Assembly: GCA_963718605.1 (NCBI GenBank)
Contig: OY970363.1
Coordinates: forward strand, 50,404-114,403
Length of the DNA: 64,000 nucleotides
Origin: an uncultured Actinomycetes bacterium
GTDB taxonomy: Bacteria; Actinomycetota; Acidimicrobiia; Acidimicrobiales; JACCXE01
Direction: 5' to 3'
In this document: positions 39,148 to 49,243 of the stretch, piece after piece
How the letters are laid out: every line of letters begins with the position of its first letter
Numbering within the stretch: the first letter of the stretch is position 1
The notes under the pieces: generated by a model
The model's database searches: none
Seen by the model: the letters and a program-made list of their open reading frames with translations, nothing else
Told to the model about the DNA's origin: nothing
Translations under genes and position numbers: made by a program

Positions 39148-39965
39148 TTCTTCGTAACGACGACCTCGAGATACTCGGACGGCACCGCGAGCGCGCCACC
39201 CGCTTCGTTGCGGTTGTGACGGTTGGCGAGTTCCACGATCTGATCGCGGAACGACACTTTCCCGGCGTCATCGAGCGCGCCCCACGCCTTGAACGTCGGT
39301 CCATAGAAGGTCTTGAACGTTTCGAAGAAGTCGTCCGCCGAGGTGTACCGGAAGACGAAATGACGACGGACGACGTCGACCTTGCCATCGCCGCCGAACA
39401 GTTCGTTCAGACGGCCCTCGGTCCCCCATTGCAGCGGAGAGCGGATGCCGGCGGGAGGCGGCACATGCGCGCCGACGATCTTGAATAGCTGTCCGATGAA
39501 CCCCTCGGGCGTCCAATTGGTCAGCCCGATGCGTCCACCAGAGCGGCACACGCGGACCAACTCTGCGCCTGATTGGTCCGGGTTGGGCGTGAACATCACG
39601 CCGAAAGTGGACAGCACGGTGTCGAACGCGGCGTCTTCGAACGGCAAGGCCTCGGCGTCGGCGAACTGGGTCGTGATGCCAAGGCCTTCGGCCCGCGCGC
39701 GCTGATTCGCCCCCTCGAGAAGCGCTTCGACGTAATCGGTGGCGGTGACGTCGCAGCCGCGCCGCGCCGCCGCGAGTGACGCGTTGCCGTTGCCGGCGGC
39801 GACGTCGAGCACCCGGGTCCCGGCTTGCACGTCGACGGCTTCACAGAGCGACTCGCCGACAAGCTGCAGCGTCGTGCCAATCACCGCGTAGTCGCCCGAC
39901 GACCACGTGGCCTGCTGTTTGGTCTTGATGGCTTCGATGTCGTTCTGGCTGAGTGTGTCGGTCAT
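39144..39965 (-). CDS. Class I SAM-dependent methyltransferase
   Basis: [23 protein letters not shown]. Confidence 0.92.
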   Translation of the reverse strand: MTDTLSQNDIEAIKTKQQATWSSGDYAVIGTTLQLVGESLCEAVDVQAGTRVLDVAAGNGNASLAAARRGCDVTATDYVEALLEGANQRARAEGLGITTQFADAEALPFEDAAFDTVLSTFGVMFTPNPDQSGAELVRVCRSGGRIGLTNWTPEGFIGQLFKIVGAHVPPPAGIRSPLQWGTEGRLNELFGGDGKVDVVRRHFVFRYTSADDFFETFKTFYGPTFKAWGALDDAGKVSFRDQIVELANRHNRNEAGGALAVPSEYLEVVVTKN

Positions 39966-39971
39966 GCCCGC

Positions 39972-40049
39972 ATCCTGAACCCATCACCAGAAGGCCGCAT
40001 CGGGCGCGCGCCTCATTTCGCTGACGTCGGAATGGGGCGAATGCCTTAG
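39972..40049 (-). promoter_or_regulatory. Leaderless promoter (CAGGAT) with paired candidate LuxR-type activator sites
   Basis: Sites 39997-40016 and 40032-40049; same architecture as 42080-42161. Confidence 0.6.
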
Positions 40050-41671
40050 TCGTTCGGGTCGGCGATGTTGTGTGCGAACGCGAAGGCGCTCGCCGCGACT
40101 CGGGAGGACACGCCGAGCTTGGTGAAGATGTTCGAAACGTGGCGTGAGACGGTCTTGGCGCTCAGGTGCAACTGCGCCGCCACTTCCTTGTTGGACAGGC
40201 CCGAAGCAACCAGGCGCAGCACTTCCGCTTCGCGCTCGGACAGGCCGGCGGGCAGCGACTCGGGTCGCTCGCCGCCGTCACGCCCGTTCAGCCGCACGCC
40301 AATATCCTCGAACAACGCGCGCGCAGCGGCGAACGACTCTTGCGCGCCGGAGTCGTCGCCGGCGTCGCGCTGCGCGACCGCGAAGACGGTCTTCGCGGTC
40401 GCGGCCTCGTAGGGCACGCCCAGCTCGTGCCACAAGGTGTGGGCGCGGTGCAGGGTTGCCTGAGCTGTTACCGGGTCACCCTCAGCGAGTTGCAAGCGCC
40501 CACGGGCCAGCATCGCGACCGCGCGCAAGTACGGAGTTTCGAAGGCATCGGCGATGGCATCGATTTCGGTTACGTGCGCTTTCGCGAGGTCGAGGTCTCC
40601 CGCGGCGATCGCAATCTGCGCCGCGATCGGAAGCACGCGCGCCCGCGCCAAGCGGTTGGGCGATAGCTCGGCCACGCAGCCGGCGATTATCCGTGACGCC
40701 TCGTCGACTCGGTTTTGCGACAACCGCAGCAGCGCCGTGCCCGTGCAGGTGCGGCCGCCCAATTCCTCGGCCCGGGTGAAGGCTTCCTCCGCTCGAACCA
40801 GGTCACCGAGGCGACGTCGGATGTCACCCACTTCCGCGTAGGCCGCGGCGGCGTTCGGCACGTGGCTGGCCAGCAATTCGGTGCAGGCTTGACTCGCCTC
40901 GCGTTCGGCATCGGCGAGCGCGCCGCCCCGATCGAGCACCGCCGCGCGGTGCACGCGACAGATGCCGGGGAAGATCGCGAACGGGTGTTGCTCGGCCCAC
41001 TGATTCGTCGCTTCGGTCCAGTCCGCGGCGCGCCGCAAGTCCCCCAAGTCTTCGCACGCACTGATCAGGCTGCAATACACCTTGCCTGTCGAATAGGGCC
41101 CGAGCCTGCCCTCGACTGCGAACAACATCGCCTCATCGAGATGCGCCAAGCCGACCTTCACCTGGCCCGCATCGATGAGCACGCGTCCGATTGTCTGCAA
41201 CGCCTCGGCTTCTACGTCGGCCGAGCCGAGTTTGCGTCCGAGGGCCAGCGCGCGTTCGGCCAGATCGGTGGCGTCGGTCAGCCGGCCGTCCCCATGGGCC
41301 AACTCGGCTTCTCGCATAAGCAGCGCACCGTGTTCGATGCACTCATCGTCGTGGTCGAGTGCGCGCCGAGCCCGCATCAGCCAGCCCGACGCAACCGCCG
41401 GTCGGGCGTGCTGGCTGTGGTTCTCGTAGAGCCACACCGCGCAGTAGCCGGCGCGGCGCATGTCCCCGGCCGTCTCGAACGCGAGGTAGGCGTTCTGTCG
41501 AGCCTCGATCGCGTCGGCGAGACGACCCAACCACCAGGCCGCCTCGCCGATCAGCGCCAACCGTTCGCCTTCTGCGGCGGGTTCATCGAACGCCAGCGCC
41601 GCGGCTTCGTCGTGGCAACGCTGCCACTCGTACCGTTCGCGCGCGGCGTACGCCGCGTCGAGGGCGCTCAT
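40046..41671 (-). CDS. TPR-like / LuxR C-terminal HTH transcriptional regulator
   Basis: [22 protein letters not shown]...[17 protein letters not shown]; start chosen at MSALD because the longer ORF overlaps the cupin gene. Confidence 0.88.
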   Translation of the reverse strand: MSALDAAYAARERYEWQRCHDEAAALAFDEPAAEGERLALIGEAAWWLGRLADAIEARQNAYLAFETAGDMRRAGYCAVWLYENHSQHARPAVASGWLMRARRALDHDDECIEHGALLMREAELAHGDGRLTDATDLAERALALGRKLGSADVEAEALQTIGRVLIDAGQVKVGLAHLDEAMLFAVEGRLGPYSTGKVYCSLISACEDLGDLRRAADWTEATNQWAEQHPFAIFPGICRVHRAAVLDRGGALADAEREASQACTELLASHVPNAAAAYAEVGDIRRRLGDLVRAEEAFTRAEELGGRTCTGTALLRLSQNRVDEASRIIAGCVAELSPNRLARARVLPIAAQIAIAAGDLDLAKAHVTEIDAIADAFETPYLRAVAMLARGRLQLAEGDPVTAQATLHRAHTLWHELGVPYEAATAKTVFAVAQRDAGDDSGAQESFAAARALFEDIGVRLNGRDGGERPESLPAGLSEREAEVLRLVASGLSNKEVAAQLHLSAKTVSRHVSNIFTKLGVSSRVAASAFAFAHNIADPND

Positions 41672-41700
41672 GCCGACGAACGTAGCCCTGTCCTTCTCGG

Positions 41701-42072
41701 TCAGGTTGACGCTGCCATCTGCGCACCGAGATGTTCGAGCACAGGGGTGATTTCGGCCGTCGGGCTGAACTCGACAAAGGTGACGCCGCCATCGGTCCAG
41801 CCGGTGTGGCCACCCGGCCAGTAGTACGCCTCGCCGGCGCTCGTGGTCTCCTCGGAGCCGTCGGCGTAGCGCACCGTGATCGCGCCCTCGAGCACGACGC
41901 CCCAGTGCGGGCACTGGCACATGTCGCCGGGCAACCCGACGAACAGCGGCGTGAAGTCGGTCCCCGCCGGCAGAACGATGTGGCGGAGCAGCTGGTCGCC
42001 GGTCTCGATGCCGCGGGTCTCGATCTCGCCCACCTGCATCTCGATCGGAATCTCGTTGTATGGAATCTTCAT
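41701..42072 (-). CDS. Cupin-fold protein
   Basis: [13 protein letters not shown]...[10 protein letters not shown]...VEFSP. Confidence 0.82.
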   Translation of the reverse strand: MKIPYNEIPIEMQVGEIETRGIETGDQLLRHIVLPAGTDFTPLFVGLPGDMCQCPHWGVVLEGAITVRYADGSEETTSAGEAYYWPGGHTGWTDGGVTFVEFSPTAEITPVLEHLGAQMAAST

Positions 42073-42079
42073 GCCGGCC

Positions 42080-42186
42080 ATCCTGGGCGACTCTCGCCTT
42101 CGGGCGCATCGGGCAGATGAACCATCTGCGGCCTACCGCGACTGGGGCGTTCGCCCGATGCGGGCAGCCGGGCAAAAGCAGACAAT
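42080..42186. promoter_or_regulatory. Divergent promoters with inverted pair of candidate LuxR-type sites
   Basis: GCATCGGGCAGATGAACCAT (42106-42125) and CTGGGGCGTTCGCCCGATGC (42142-42161), each 19-20 nt from a -10-like hexamer. Confidence 0.6.
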
Positions 42187-42297
42187 GGTGCAGTGATCGA
42201 AGCCGACAGCTCCGGAAGCGACCCCGTTACGAAACTCGTAGAACTCGGGCGCGATCGGGAAGCCGCCGACCTCGGGACAAACACTCAAGGAGATCCC

Positions 42298-42846
42298 ATG
42301 GACGTACTGACTCAGCTCGACCAACTCGGCCCCGTGCTCGAAGGAGTGATCGGTGGAATCTCCGCCGAGCAGCTCGACAACAAAACGCCGTGCAGCGAGT
42401 ACAGCGTCGAGGGTGTGCTGCAACACATGACGGGTGGGGCCACGATGTTCGCCGCCGCGTTCCGGGGCGACGAGCCGGCTACGCCGGACATGAGCAATGT
42501 GCTGGCCGCTATCGGACCCGCGCTCGACGGACTGTTCGAGTCGATGCACCGGCCGGGCGCGCTCGACGGCACCGTCATTGCGCCGTTCGGCGAGGTGCCG
42601 CGCGACACCTTCGCTCGGTTCGTGGTGCTGGACGGGCTCGTGCACGGATGGGACATGGCGACGTCGACCGGTCAGTCCTATGACCCGCCGGCCGCCTTGG
42701 TCGAAGCGGTAGAGGCGTTCGCCGCCGAGGCCGTGCCGCCGCTGCGTGATGGCGTCACCTTCGGACCCGCCGTCGAGCCCTCGGCAGATGCCACCCCCAT
42801 CGAACGACTCGCCGCGCTCACCGGCCGCCAACCAGTCAGTCAGTAA
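42298..42846 (+). CDS. TIGR03086-like DinB/mycothiol-dependent-fold metal-binding protein
   Basis: TPCSEYSV..VLQH, VHGWDMA, LAALTGRQP; AAGGAG RBS. Confidence 0.85.
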   Translation: MDVLTQLDQLGPVLEGVIGGISAEQLDNKTPCSEYSVEGVLQHMTGGATMFAAAFRGDEPATPDMSNVLAAIGPALDGLFESMHRPGALDGTVIAPFGEVPRDTFARFVVLDGLVHGWDMATSTGQSYDPPAALVEAVEAFAAEAVPPLRDGVTFGPAVEPSADATPIERLAALTGRQPVSQ

Positions 42847-43783
42847 GCAGCGCGCCGGGGCGCGTCCGCAGAATCTGCTCCGCGTCCTCGCTGATCCGCC
42901 GGATCACATCGCCGGCTGGCTGGACTGCAGTCACAAAACGAGCGGACTGGCCGTAGAGCAACGCACGACCCGGCTGGGCCGTTTCGCGGTTGGCCTGTAA
43001 CTCCGCTTCCCTTTCATGCCACTGATCGGTGAATGCGTCGCGCTTCACTCGCTCCGCGATGCCTGCGGGCCACGGGGCGCCCGACACGATGTCGTACGCG
43101 CGCGTGTAGACGGTGTCCCCGCCGTCGCTGTCGACGATCGCCGCCTTGTAGTCCTCGTCGATCTCCACCGCCTCGGGCGTCGCGAGCAGCGCGGTGCCCA
43201 GCCACGCGCCGTCGGCTCCCGCGAGCAGCGCGGACGCCAGCGTGCGCCCGTCACCGATGCCTCCCGCCGCGAGCAGGGGCGTGTCGGGGAAACGATCAGC
43301 CAACCCGGCGAGCAGCGGAAACAGCGTCATCGTGCCGGTGTGCCCACCGGCTTCGTTGCCCTGCGCGACGAGCAGGTCGGCACCGGCAGCCACCGCCAGG
43401 TCGGCATCCTCGAACGTCTGCACCTGACAGATGAGGCGGCACCCCGCATTCTTGACCCGCGCCGCCCACGGGCCAGGGTCGGAAAACGAGAGCGCGATCG
43501 CGGCTGGCGCCGCGTCGAGCGCGGCCGCGAAATGCCCCTCGTATATGCCTAGGAACGCACTGATGAACCCAATCGCGAACGGGCCGTCGGTGCGCCCGCG
43601 CACGAGGTTGGCTTGTTCGGTCACCCACTCCGGACCGCTCGTGCGGTGGATGCCGCCGAAGGATCCCATCGCTCCGGCCGCCGCCACACCACCAGCCAGC
43701 GTCCCGCCGCTGTGCATCGCCATGGGCGCACCCATCAACGGATGCGCCAGTCCGAACATCTGCGTAAACCGAGTACGGAGCAT
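42836..43783 (-). CDS. Nitronate monooxygenase family flavoprotein
   Basis: APM, AQGNEAGGH, AAGGIGDGR, WLGT. Confidence 0.9.
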   Translation of the reverse strand: MLRTRFTQMFGLAHPLMGAPMAMHSGGTLAGGVAAAGAMGSFGGIHRTSGPEWVTEQANLVRGRTDGPFAIGFISAFLGIYEGHFAAALDAAPAAIALSFSDPGPWAARVKNAGCRLICQVQTFEDADLAVAAGADLLVAQGNEAGGHTGTMTLFPLLAGLADRFPDTPLLAAGGIGDGRTLASALLAGADGAWLGTALLATPEAVEIDEDYKAAIVDSDGGDTVYTRAYDIVSGAPWPAGIAERVKRDAFTDQWHEREAELQANRETAQPGRALLYGQSARFVTAVQPAGDVIRRISEDAEQILRTRPGALLTD

Positions 43784-43807
43784 GGCGCTCAGCGTACGGG
43801 CGCGGTG

Positions 43808-44005
43808 TCAGCGCCAGCGCTGATGCCAGCTAGCGCCGCCGTCAGGTTGCATCGACCTTGGCGCATGGTCACCCGACCGCGTTGCGTCCGCGGTCGGCGC
43901 GGGACTGCCGCGCCCACCCGCAGCCGCGATTGTCGCCCCGAGCATCGCCACAACAATTACGAACTTCCCCGTCAGGCTCGTTCGCAGGGTCGGGGTTCTC
44001 GTCAC
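43808..44005 (-). CDS. Possible small secreted peptide, 65 aa
   Basis: GAGAGG upstream of GTG; basic N-terminus plus hydrophobic core. Confidence 0.4.
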   Translation of the reverse strand: MTRTPTLRTSLTGKFVIVVAMLGATIAAAGGRGSPAPTADATRSGDHAPRSMQPDGGASWHQRWR

Positions 44006-44104
44006 TGCCTCTCATTGTGTTGGCGATCGAACACCCGCGCCAGGGTGCAGGCATGACACTGCGGGGGGCGCTACCACCTCACTCGGACGTAGCCTTTCTC
44101 TTCA

Positions 44105-44530
44105 ATGACAAGCGAATTCATGGACGTCATTCCGGTCCTTCCGTATCGCGACATCCAGGCCGCCCACGACTACCTGATCCGGGTGCTGGGATTCACGTCG
44201 GGCGGCGTCGAGCAGGACGGCGGCGGCAGAGTGGTGCATGCGGAAGTCCGAGCGGGCGACCGACGGTTCTGGTTGCACGAAGCGTCCGCAGGCCTCGCTC
44301 CACCCGCCTCCAGCGGCACCCGGTCGGGGGGCGCCGTCGTGCACGTCGCGGACGTCGACGGTCACTTCGAACGCGCGCAGCGCGCTGGCGCCGAGATACT
44401 GCGACCGCCGATCGATGAGGGCTACGGACAGCGCGAGTACGGGCTCCGTGACTGCGAGGGACACGATTGGTTCTTTGCGACGCCGTTTGCGCGACCAGCA
44501 ACTCGCGGCGAAGGCAGCAGCGCAACATGA
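44105..44530 (+). CDS. VOC/glyoxalase/bleomycin-resistance family protein
   Basis: VIPVLPYRD, VVHAE, YGQREYGLRDCEGH.W.F. Confidence 0.88.
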   Translation: MTSEFMDVIPVLPYRDIQAAHDYLIRVLGFTSGGVEQDGGGRVVHAEVRAGDRRFWLHEASAGLAPPASSGTRSGGAVVHVADVDGHFERAQRAGAEILRPPIDEGYGQREYGLRDCEGHDWFFATPFARPATRGEGSSAT

Positions 44531-45429
44531 CCTCGGTACGGCCACCCACGCGACGTCGCACTCACATCCACGACGACAGTCGACGTTGGGAGGCATTCGT
44601 TTCGCGGCCCGACGACATTTTCATATCGACCCCGCCGAAATCCGGGACCACCTGGACCCAGGGAATCGTCAGCTCGTTGTTGTGGCCACAGGGCGACGCG
44701 CCCGCGCCCGCGTTCGATCTGGCGCCGTGGCTCGACGCCCGGATGGGGCCAGTCGACGAGTTGCTGGCGCGGCTCGACTCATTGCCGTACCGGCGGCTGA
44801 TAAAGACACACAGCCCTGCTGATTGCACCCCGATCTTCACCGGGTGCCGCTACCTCGCCGTCTACCGCGACGGGCGCGATGCGCTGGTGTCGTGGGCGAA
44901 CCACCGTCGCAAGATGCGTCCGCAGGTGATCGAGACGCTCAACGCCGCGGCGGCGGCCGATGGCGTGACCCCGTGGCCGCCCGTGTGGGAGGGGGACATG
45001 GACCAGTTGCTCGACGAGTGGGTCGACTGGGGAACGCCGATGGAGCACTTGGCGTCCTGGTGGTCGCTGCGCGGCGAGCCCTTCGTGCTGCTCGTGCACT
45101 ACGCCGACCTCCTGGCCGACCTCGACGGCGAGATGCGGCGCATCGCCGACTTTCTTGGCGTCGACGTGCCCGCCGACCTGTGGGGCGACGTCGTGAGGCG
45201 TTGCGAGTTCGCAACGATGCGATCTGACCATGACGCGTCGCCGATCCTGTCGAACGCATTCGACGGCGGAGCGTCGGCGTTCTTCAACCAAGGCACGAAC
45301 GGTCGCTGGCGCGGCGCGCTGACCGAGGCGCAGCTTCAGCGACACGACGACCTTGTGCACGAGTTCCTGCCCGATGACGCCGCCCTCTGGCTCGAGCAAG
45401 GTTCAATCGCGCTCGGACGACGTCCGTGA
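44527..45429 (+). CDS. PAPS-dependent sulfotransferase (SULT-like)
   Basis: RPDDIFISTPPKSGTTW, IKTH, RDGRDALVS, FFNQGTNGRW. Confidence 0.9.
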   Translation: MTSVRPPTRRRTHIHDDSRRWEAFVSRPDDIFISTPPKSGTTWTQGIVSSLLWPQGDAPAPAFDLAPWLDARMGPVDELLARLDSLPYRRLIKTHSPADCTPIFTGCRYLAVYRDGRDALVSWANHRRKMRPQVIETLNAAAAADGVTPWPPVWEGDMDQLLDEWVDWGTPMEHLASWWSLRGEPFVLLVHYADLLADLDGEMRRIADFLGVDVPADLWGDVVRRCEFATMRSDHDASPILSNAFDGGASAFFNQGTNGRWRGALTEAQLQRHDDLVHEFLPDDAALWLEQGSIALGRRP

Positions 45430-45464
45430 TGCTCGTCGATTTCGCTTCCCTTTAGAATTCGAAC

Positions 45465-46058
45465 ATGCCCGCGACCCAGTTGCGCATCACCGGCAATCCG
45501 GAAGCGGATGCTCTCAACGCGCGTGACCCGCTGGCGCTGCTGATTGGCATGGTGCTGGACCAGCAGGTGCCGCTCGAGTGGGCGTTCCTCGGTCCGCACA
45601 CGTTGACGCAGCGGCTGGGCGCCGACCTCGACGTGGGCACGCTCGCGGCGATGGAGGAGGACGCGCTTGTCGCGGTGTTCTGCGACCGGCCCGCGATGCA
45701 TCGCTACCCCGCCGCGATGGCACGGCGGGTGCACGAACTGTGCAACCTCATCGTGAGCGAATACGACTCGGATCCCGCGGCCATCTGGACAACCGCGGCT
45801 GACGGCAAAGACCTCTACAAGCGCATCAAGGCGTTGCCCGGCTTCGGCGAGATGAAGGCGGGGATCTTCGTAGCGCTGCTCGCGAAACAATTCGGCGTCA
45901 GGCCGCCAGGTTGGGAAGCGGTTGCCGGTGATTACGGGCAAACGGGCAGCTTCCTGTCCGTGGCCGACATCGTCGACGCGGCGAGCCTCGGCAAAGTGCG
46001 CGCGTACAAGGCCCAGAAGAAGGCGGCGGCCAAAGCCGCGGCCGCCCCGAAGCCCTGA
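45465..46058 (+). CDS. HhH-GPD-type putative DNA repair protein (actinobacterial)
   Basis: LLIGMVLDQQVP.EWAF.GP, HRYP, LPGFG; TAGAAT -10 box 6 nt before ATG. Confidence 0.88.
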   Translation: MPATQLRITGNPEADALNARDPLALLIGMVLDQQVPLEWAFLGPHTLTQRLGADLDVGTLAAMEEDALVAVFCDRPAMHRYPAAMARRVHELCNLIVSEYDSDPAAIWTTAADGKDLYKRIKALPGFGEMKAGIFVALLAKQFGVRPPGWEAVAGDYGQTGSFLSVADIVDAASLGKVRAYKAQKKAAAKAAAAPKP

Positions 46059-46258
46059 TCACCGTCACCGCCAACGGCACGCCGGTCTCGCTGGCCGAGG
46101 GCGCGACCGTCATCGATCTCCTCACGGAACTGGGCTGGGCTGGGCGCACTGTCGCGGTCGAACACAATGGCGACGCGCTGATCCGCAGTGAACATCCCAC
46201 GACCTCGCTACACGACGGCGACACACTGGAGATCGTGAAAGCCGTGGCCGGTGGCTGA
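46055..46258 (+). CDS. thiS: Sulfur carrier protein ThiS (missed by ORF track; apparent CTG start)
   Basis: ITVTANG...VAVEHNG...LHDGDTLEIVKAVAGG*, 67 aa ending in GG. Confidence 0.88.
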   Translation: MITVTANGTPVSLAEGATVIDLLTELGWAGRTVAVEHNGDALIRSEHPTTSLHDGDTLEIVKAVAGG

Positions 46259-46862
46259 AGTCGCCTTGCGTCGTGCGTTGCGCGCCGATCTCGGCACGAT
46301 CGCCGACATTTGGGTCGACGCGTTCACGGCCGACCCTTGGCTGCGTTATATGCAGCCGGACGACGCAGGGTGGGCGGCGTTCGGTCACAAGTGGATGCGG
46401 TTCGTTGTCGACCACACCTTCGAACGCGGACATACCTTTCTTGCGCGGAATCAGGACGCCGCGATCGTGTGGATCCCGCCTGATCTTTCGTTCATCGACG
46501 CCGCCGACGTGGAGCGCGCCCACGAAATAATCGCCGCCGCCTCCGGTGCGGCACGCGCCGACGACTGTCTCGCCACGATGGCGCAGGTTCGGCAGCATTT
46601 CAGCGACGGCGCTCACTGGACGCTGCAGTGGATCGGTGTGCGCTCTTCGGGCCGCGGCCGCGGCCTCGGCGCCGCGCTTGTCACGCCGGGCCTCGCGGCG
46701 TGCGACGACGATGGGCTGCCGTGCAGCCTCGTTTCGAGCAATCCGCGGAACGTCACGTTCTATGAACGCCACGGCTTCCGAGTTGTCGCCGAGGTGCAGT
46801 CGCCCGATAGCGCCGTCACCTTGACACCGATGCACCGCGAGCCGCGGCCTGCCCATGGGTAA
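46251..46862 (+). CDS. GNAT-family N-acetyltransferase
   Basis: HWTLQWIGV...GRGRGLG, NVTFYERHGF. Confidence 0.88.
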   Translation: MAEVALRRALRADLGTIADIWVDAFTADPWLRYMQPDDAGWAAFGHKWMRFVVDHTFERGHTFLARNQDAAIVWIPPDLSFIDAADVERAHEIIAAASGAARADDCLATMAQVRQHFSDGAHWTLQWIGVRSSGRGRGLGAALVTPGLAACDDDGLPCSLVSSNPRNVTFYERHGFRVVAEVQSPDSAVTLTPMHREPRPAHG

Positions 46863-47505
46863 CGAGCCGCTAAGCGGGCCGCTGGCCGGGCGCCGTTTCT
46901 ATCTGTGCACCCCCGACCGGCCCGACCTGCCGCAGTTTGTCGATGCGTGCATTCGCGGCGGCGTCGACATCGTGCAATACCGGGAGAAGAACGCCGACGC
47001 GCGTGCAGTGCTGAAGCGCGCCGCGCTCGTGCGCGACGTCTGCCGGTCCCACGGCGTGCCCTTCATCCTCAACGACCGACCTGACCTCGCGGTCGAACTC
47101 GGTGCCGACGGCGTGCACGTGGGCCAGGACGACTGCCCGCCCGCGGCCGCTCGACGCATCCTCGGACCGAACGCGATCATCGGGCTGTCCACGCATCACC
47201 AGGACGACATGACCGGCGCCGAACGCGAACCGATCGACTACATCTCGGTCGGCCCGATCAACCCGACGCCTACGAAGCCGGGTAGGCCCGGCGTCGGCCT
47301 CGGCTACCTGCGTTACGCGGTCGACAACGCGCCGGTGCCCTACTACGTGACGGGCGGCGTCAACCCGAAGTCGATCGGGGATCTACTCGCGTCGGGCGCG
47401 ACGCGCTTCGTCGCGGTGCGCTGGTTGACCGAAGCCTCCGACGCCTACGAAGCGGCCAAGAAACTCCGCCGCGCGATCGATACCGGCAAAGCCGTCCGCG
47501 ACTAG
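46855..47505 (+). CDS. thiE: Thiamine-phosphate synthase
   Basis: VQYREK, LNDR, GVHVGQDD, GLSTH, PTPTK. Confidence 0.95.
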   Translation: MGNEPLSGPLAGRRFYLCTPDRPDLPQFVDACIRGGVDIVQYREKNADARAVLKRAALVRDVCRSHGVPFILNDRPDLAVELGADGVHVGQDDCPPAAARRILGPNAIIGLSTHHQDDMTGAEREPIDYISVGPINPTPTKPGRPGVGLGYLRYAVDNAPVPYYVTGGVNPKSIGDLLASGATRFVAVRWLTEASDAYEAAKKLRRAIDTGKAVRD

Positions 47506-49196
47506 GCGCGCACGAGAGTGCCGGGGCGGGCGCCGGTGGCGACGCCGTTCTCGAAGGTGACCTCACCGGCGCAGATCGTGGCCGTGTAGCCGTCGACGTA
47601 CTGCACGAGGCGGCGGCCGCCGGCAGGCAGGTCGAAGATCATCTCCGGCGCATGGATCTGCAGGTTGTCGAAATCGATGACGTTGATGTCGGCCCGCTTG
47701 CCCGGCTTCAGTTCGCCCCGGTCGGTGAAGCCGTAGAGGTGGGCGGTGCGCTGCGTCTGCTGCTGCACCACGTATTCGATCGGAAGCTTCTCGCCTCGCT
47801 TGCGATCGCGGGCCCAGTGGGTGAGGTTGAACGTGGTCATTGACGCGTCGCAAATGAGGCCGCAGTGCGCGCCGCCATCGGACAGGCCGAGCACGGTCGA
47901 TGGGTGCGACACCATCTCGCGGATCGCGTCGAAGTTGTGGTCCACGTACGACGCGAGCGGAGCGAAGAAGAACGCCTTGCCGTCGCGCTCGAGCAGCCAG
48001 TCCAACGCGACTTCTTGCGGCGTGCAGCCGCGGCGCTCGGCCTCGGCCGCGACCGACGCCTCGCGCGGCGGCTCGTAGTCCGGCGGATCACCGAGCGGGA
48101 ACATGTGGTCCCAGCGCGACATGAGCGGCGACGTGACCTTGCCCTCTTCGCTGAGCAACGCTGCGCGCACCTCGGGCTTGCGCAGCTCGGCGACGCGCTC
48201 AGCCAGCGGAAGGTCGCTCAGTCCCCGATAGGTCGGGTGCGTGATGAAAGGATGGAACGACGACTGGAGGCCGAAGAGCATGCCGGTCGGTCGGTTGCCG
48301 ACCTGCGGCACGAACTGCACGCCCTCTTCCTGCAACGCCTGCGCGTGCGCGAGCACGTCGCGATAGCCCTCGGGCGCGAACGGCGTCTGCGCGGTGAGGA
48401 AGGTGACGGGCCGACCGGTCGAACGCGCGATCTCGACCATCCAGTCGCGCTCGGGGCCGTCGTGGCCCGAGCGGTCGCTGATGATCTGGATGACGCCCTT
48501 GCCGGTCTTGCCGATCGCCTCGGAGATGGCGACTACCTCTTCGCCCGGAGCGGTGGTGCCGGGCACGAGGCCGTACTTGGAGCGGTGCAAGACCGTGCGC
48601 GAGGTGGAGAAGCCGACCGCGCCGCTCTCGACCGCTTCGGCCGACAGCTTCGCCATCATCGCGACGTCTTCGTGCGTGGCGCCATCGTCGTGGGCCCGGT
48701 CCCCCATCACGTACGCGCGCAGCGCGGCGTGGGGCACCTGCGCGGCGACGTCGAGCACGCGCGGCATCGAAGCGAGCGCGTCCATGTATTCCGGGAAGCT
48801 CTCCCACTGCCAGTCGATGCCCTCGTGCAGCGCGGTGCCGGGGATGTCTTCGACGCTCTCCATGAGCTCGATCAGCAAGCCCTGCTCGTCCGCGCCGCGA
48901 CGGGCGGGCGCGAACCCCACGCCGCAGTTGCCCATGACGACCGTGGTGGCACCGTGCCAGGAGGACGGTGTGACTTCGGGGTCCCACGTGACTTGCCCGT
49001 CGTAGTGCGTGTGCACGTCGACCCAGCCGGGAGCGACGAACTTGCCGGCCGCGTCGATGTCGCGGGTGCCCTGCGGCGCCGTGCCTGCAGGTTCGATCGA
49101 AGTAATCGTGGAGCCGTCGACGACGATGTCGCCGGCGTAAGCGGGCGCACCTGTCCCGTCGACGATGGTGGCGTTGCGAATGACGAGATCAGGCAT
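47502..49196 (-). CDS. N-acyl-D-amino-acid deacylase family amidohydrolase
   Basis: PGWVDVHTHYD, GNCG, SDGGAH. Confidence 0.9.
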   Translation of the reverse strand: MPDLVIRNATIVDGTGAPAYAGDIVVDGSTITSIEPAGTAPQGTRDIDAAGKFVAPGWVDVHTHYDGQVTWDPEVTPSSWHGATTVVMGNCGVGFAPARRGADEQGLLIELMESVEDIPGTALHEGIDWQWESFPEYMDALASMPRVLDVAAQVPHAALRAYVMGDRAHDDGATHEDVAMMAKLSAEAVESGAVGFSTSRTVLHRSKYGLVPGTTAPGEEVVAISEAIGKTGKGVIQIISDRSGHDGPERDWMVEIARSTGRPVTFLTAQTPFAPEGYRDVLAHAQALQEEGVQFVPQVGNRPTGMLFGLQSSFHPFITHPTYRGLSDLPLAERVAELRKPEVRAALLSEEGKVTSPLMSRWDHMFPLGDPPDYEPPREASVAAEAERRGCTPQEVALDWLLERDGKAFFFAPLASYVDHNFDAIREMVSHPSTVLGLSDGGAHCGLICDASMTTFNLTHWARDRKRGEKLPIEYVVQQQTQRTAHLYGFTDRGELKPGKRADINVIDFDNLQIHAPEMIFDLPAGGRRLVQYVDGYTATICAGEVTFENGVATGARPGTLVRA

Positions 49197-49243
49197 CAAT
49201 GGAGTCTAATGCAAGGGCATTAATCCTGCCGAATGCAGCCTCT

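Noticed and set aside
40046-42175. 709-aa LuxR protein
   Set aside because: The N-terminal extension overlaps the cupin gene in another frame; the likely start is 41671.
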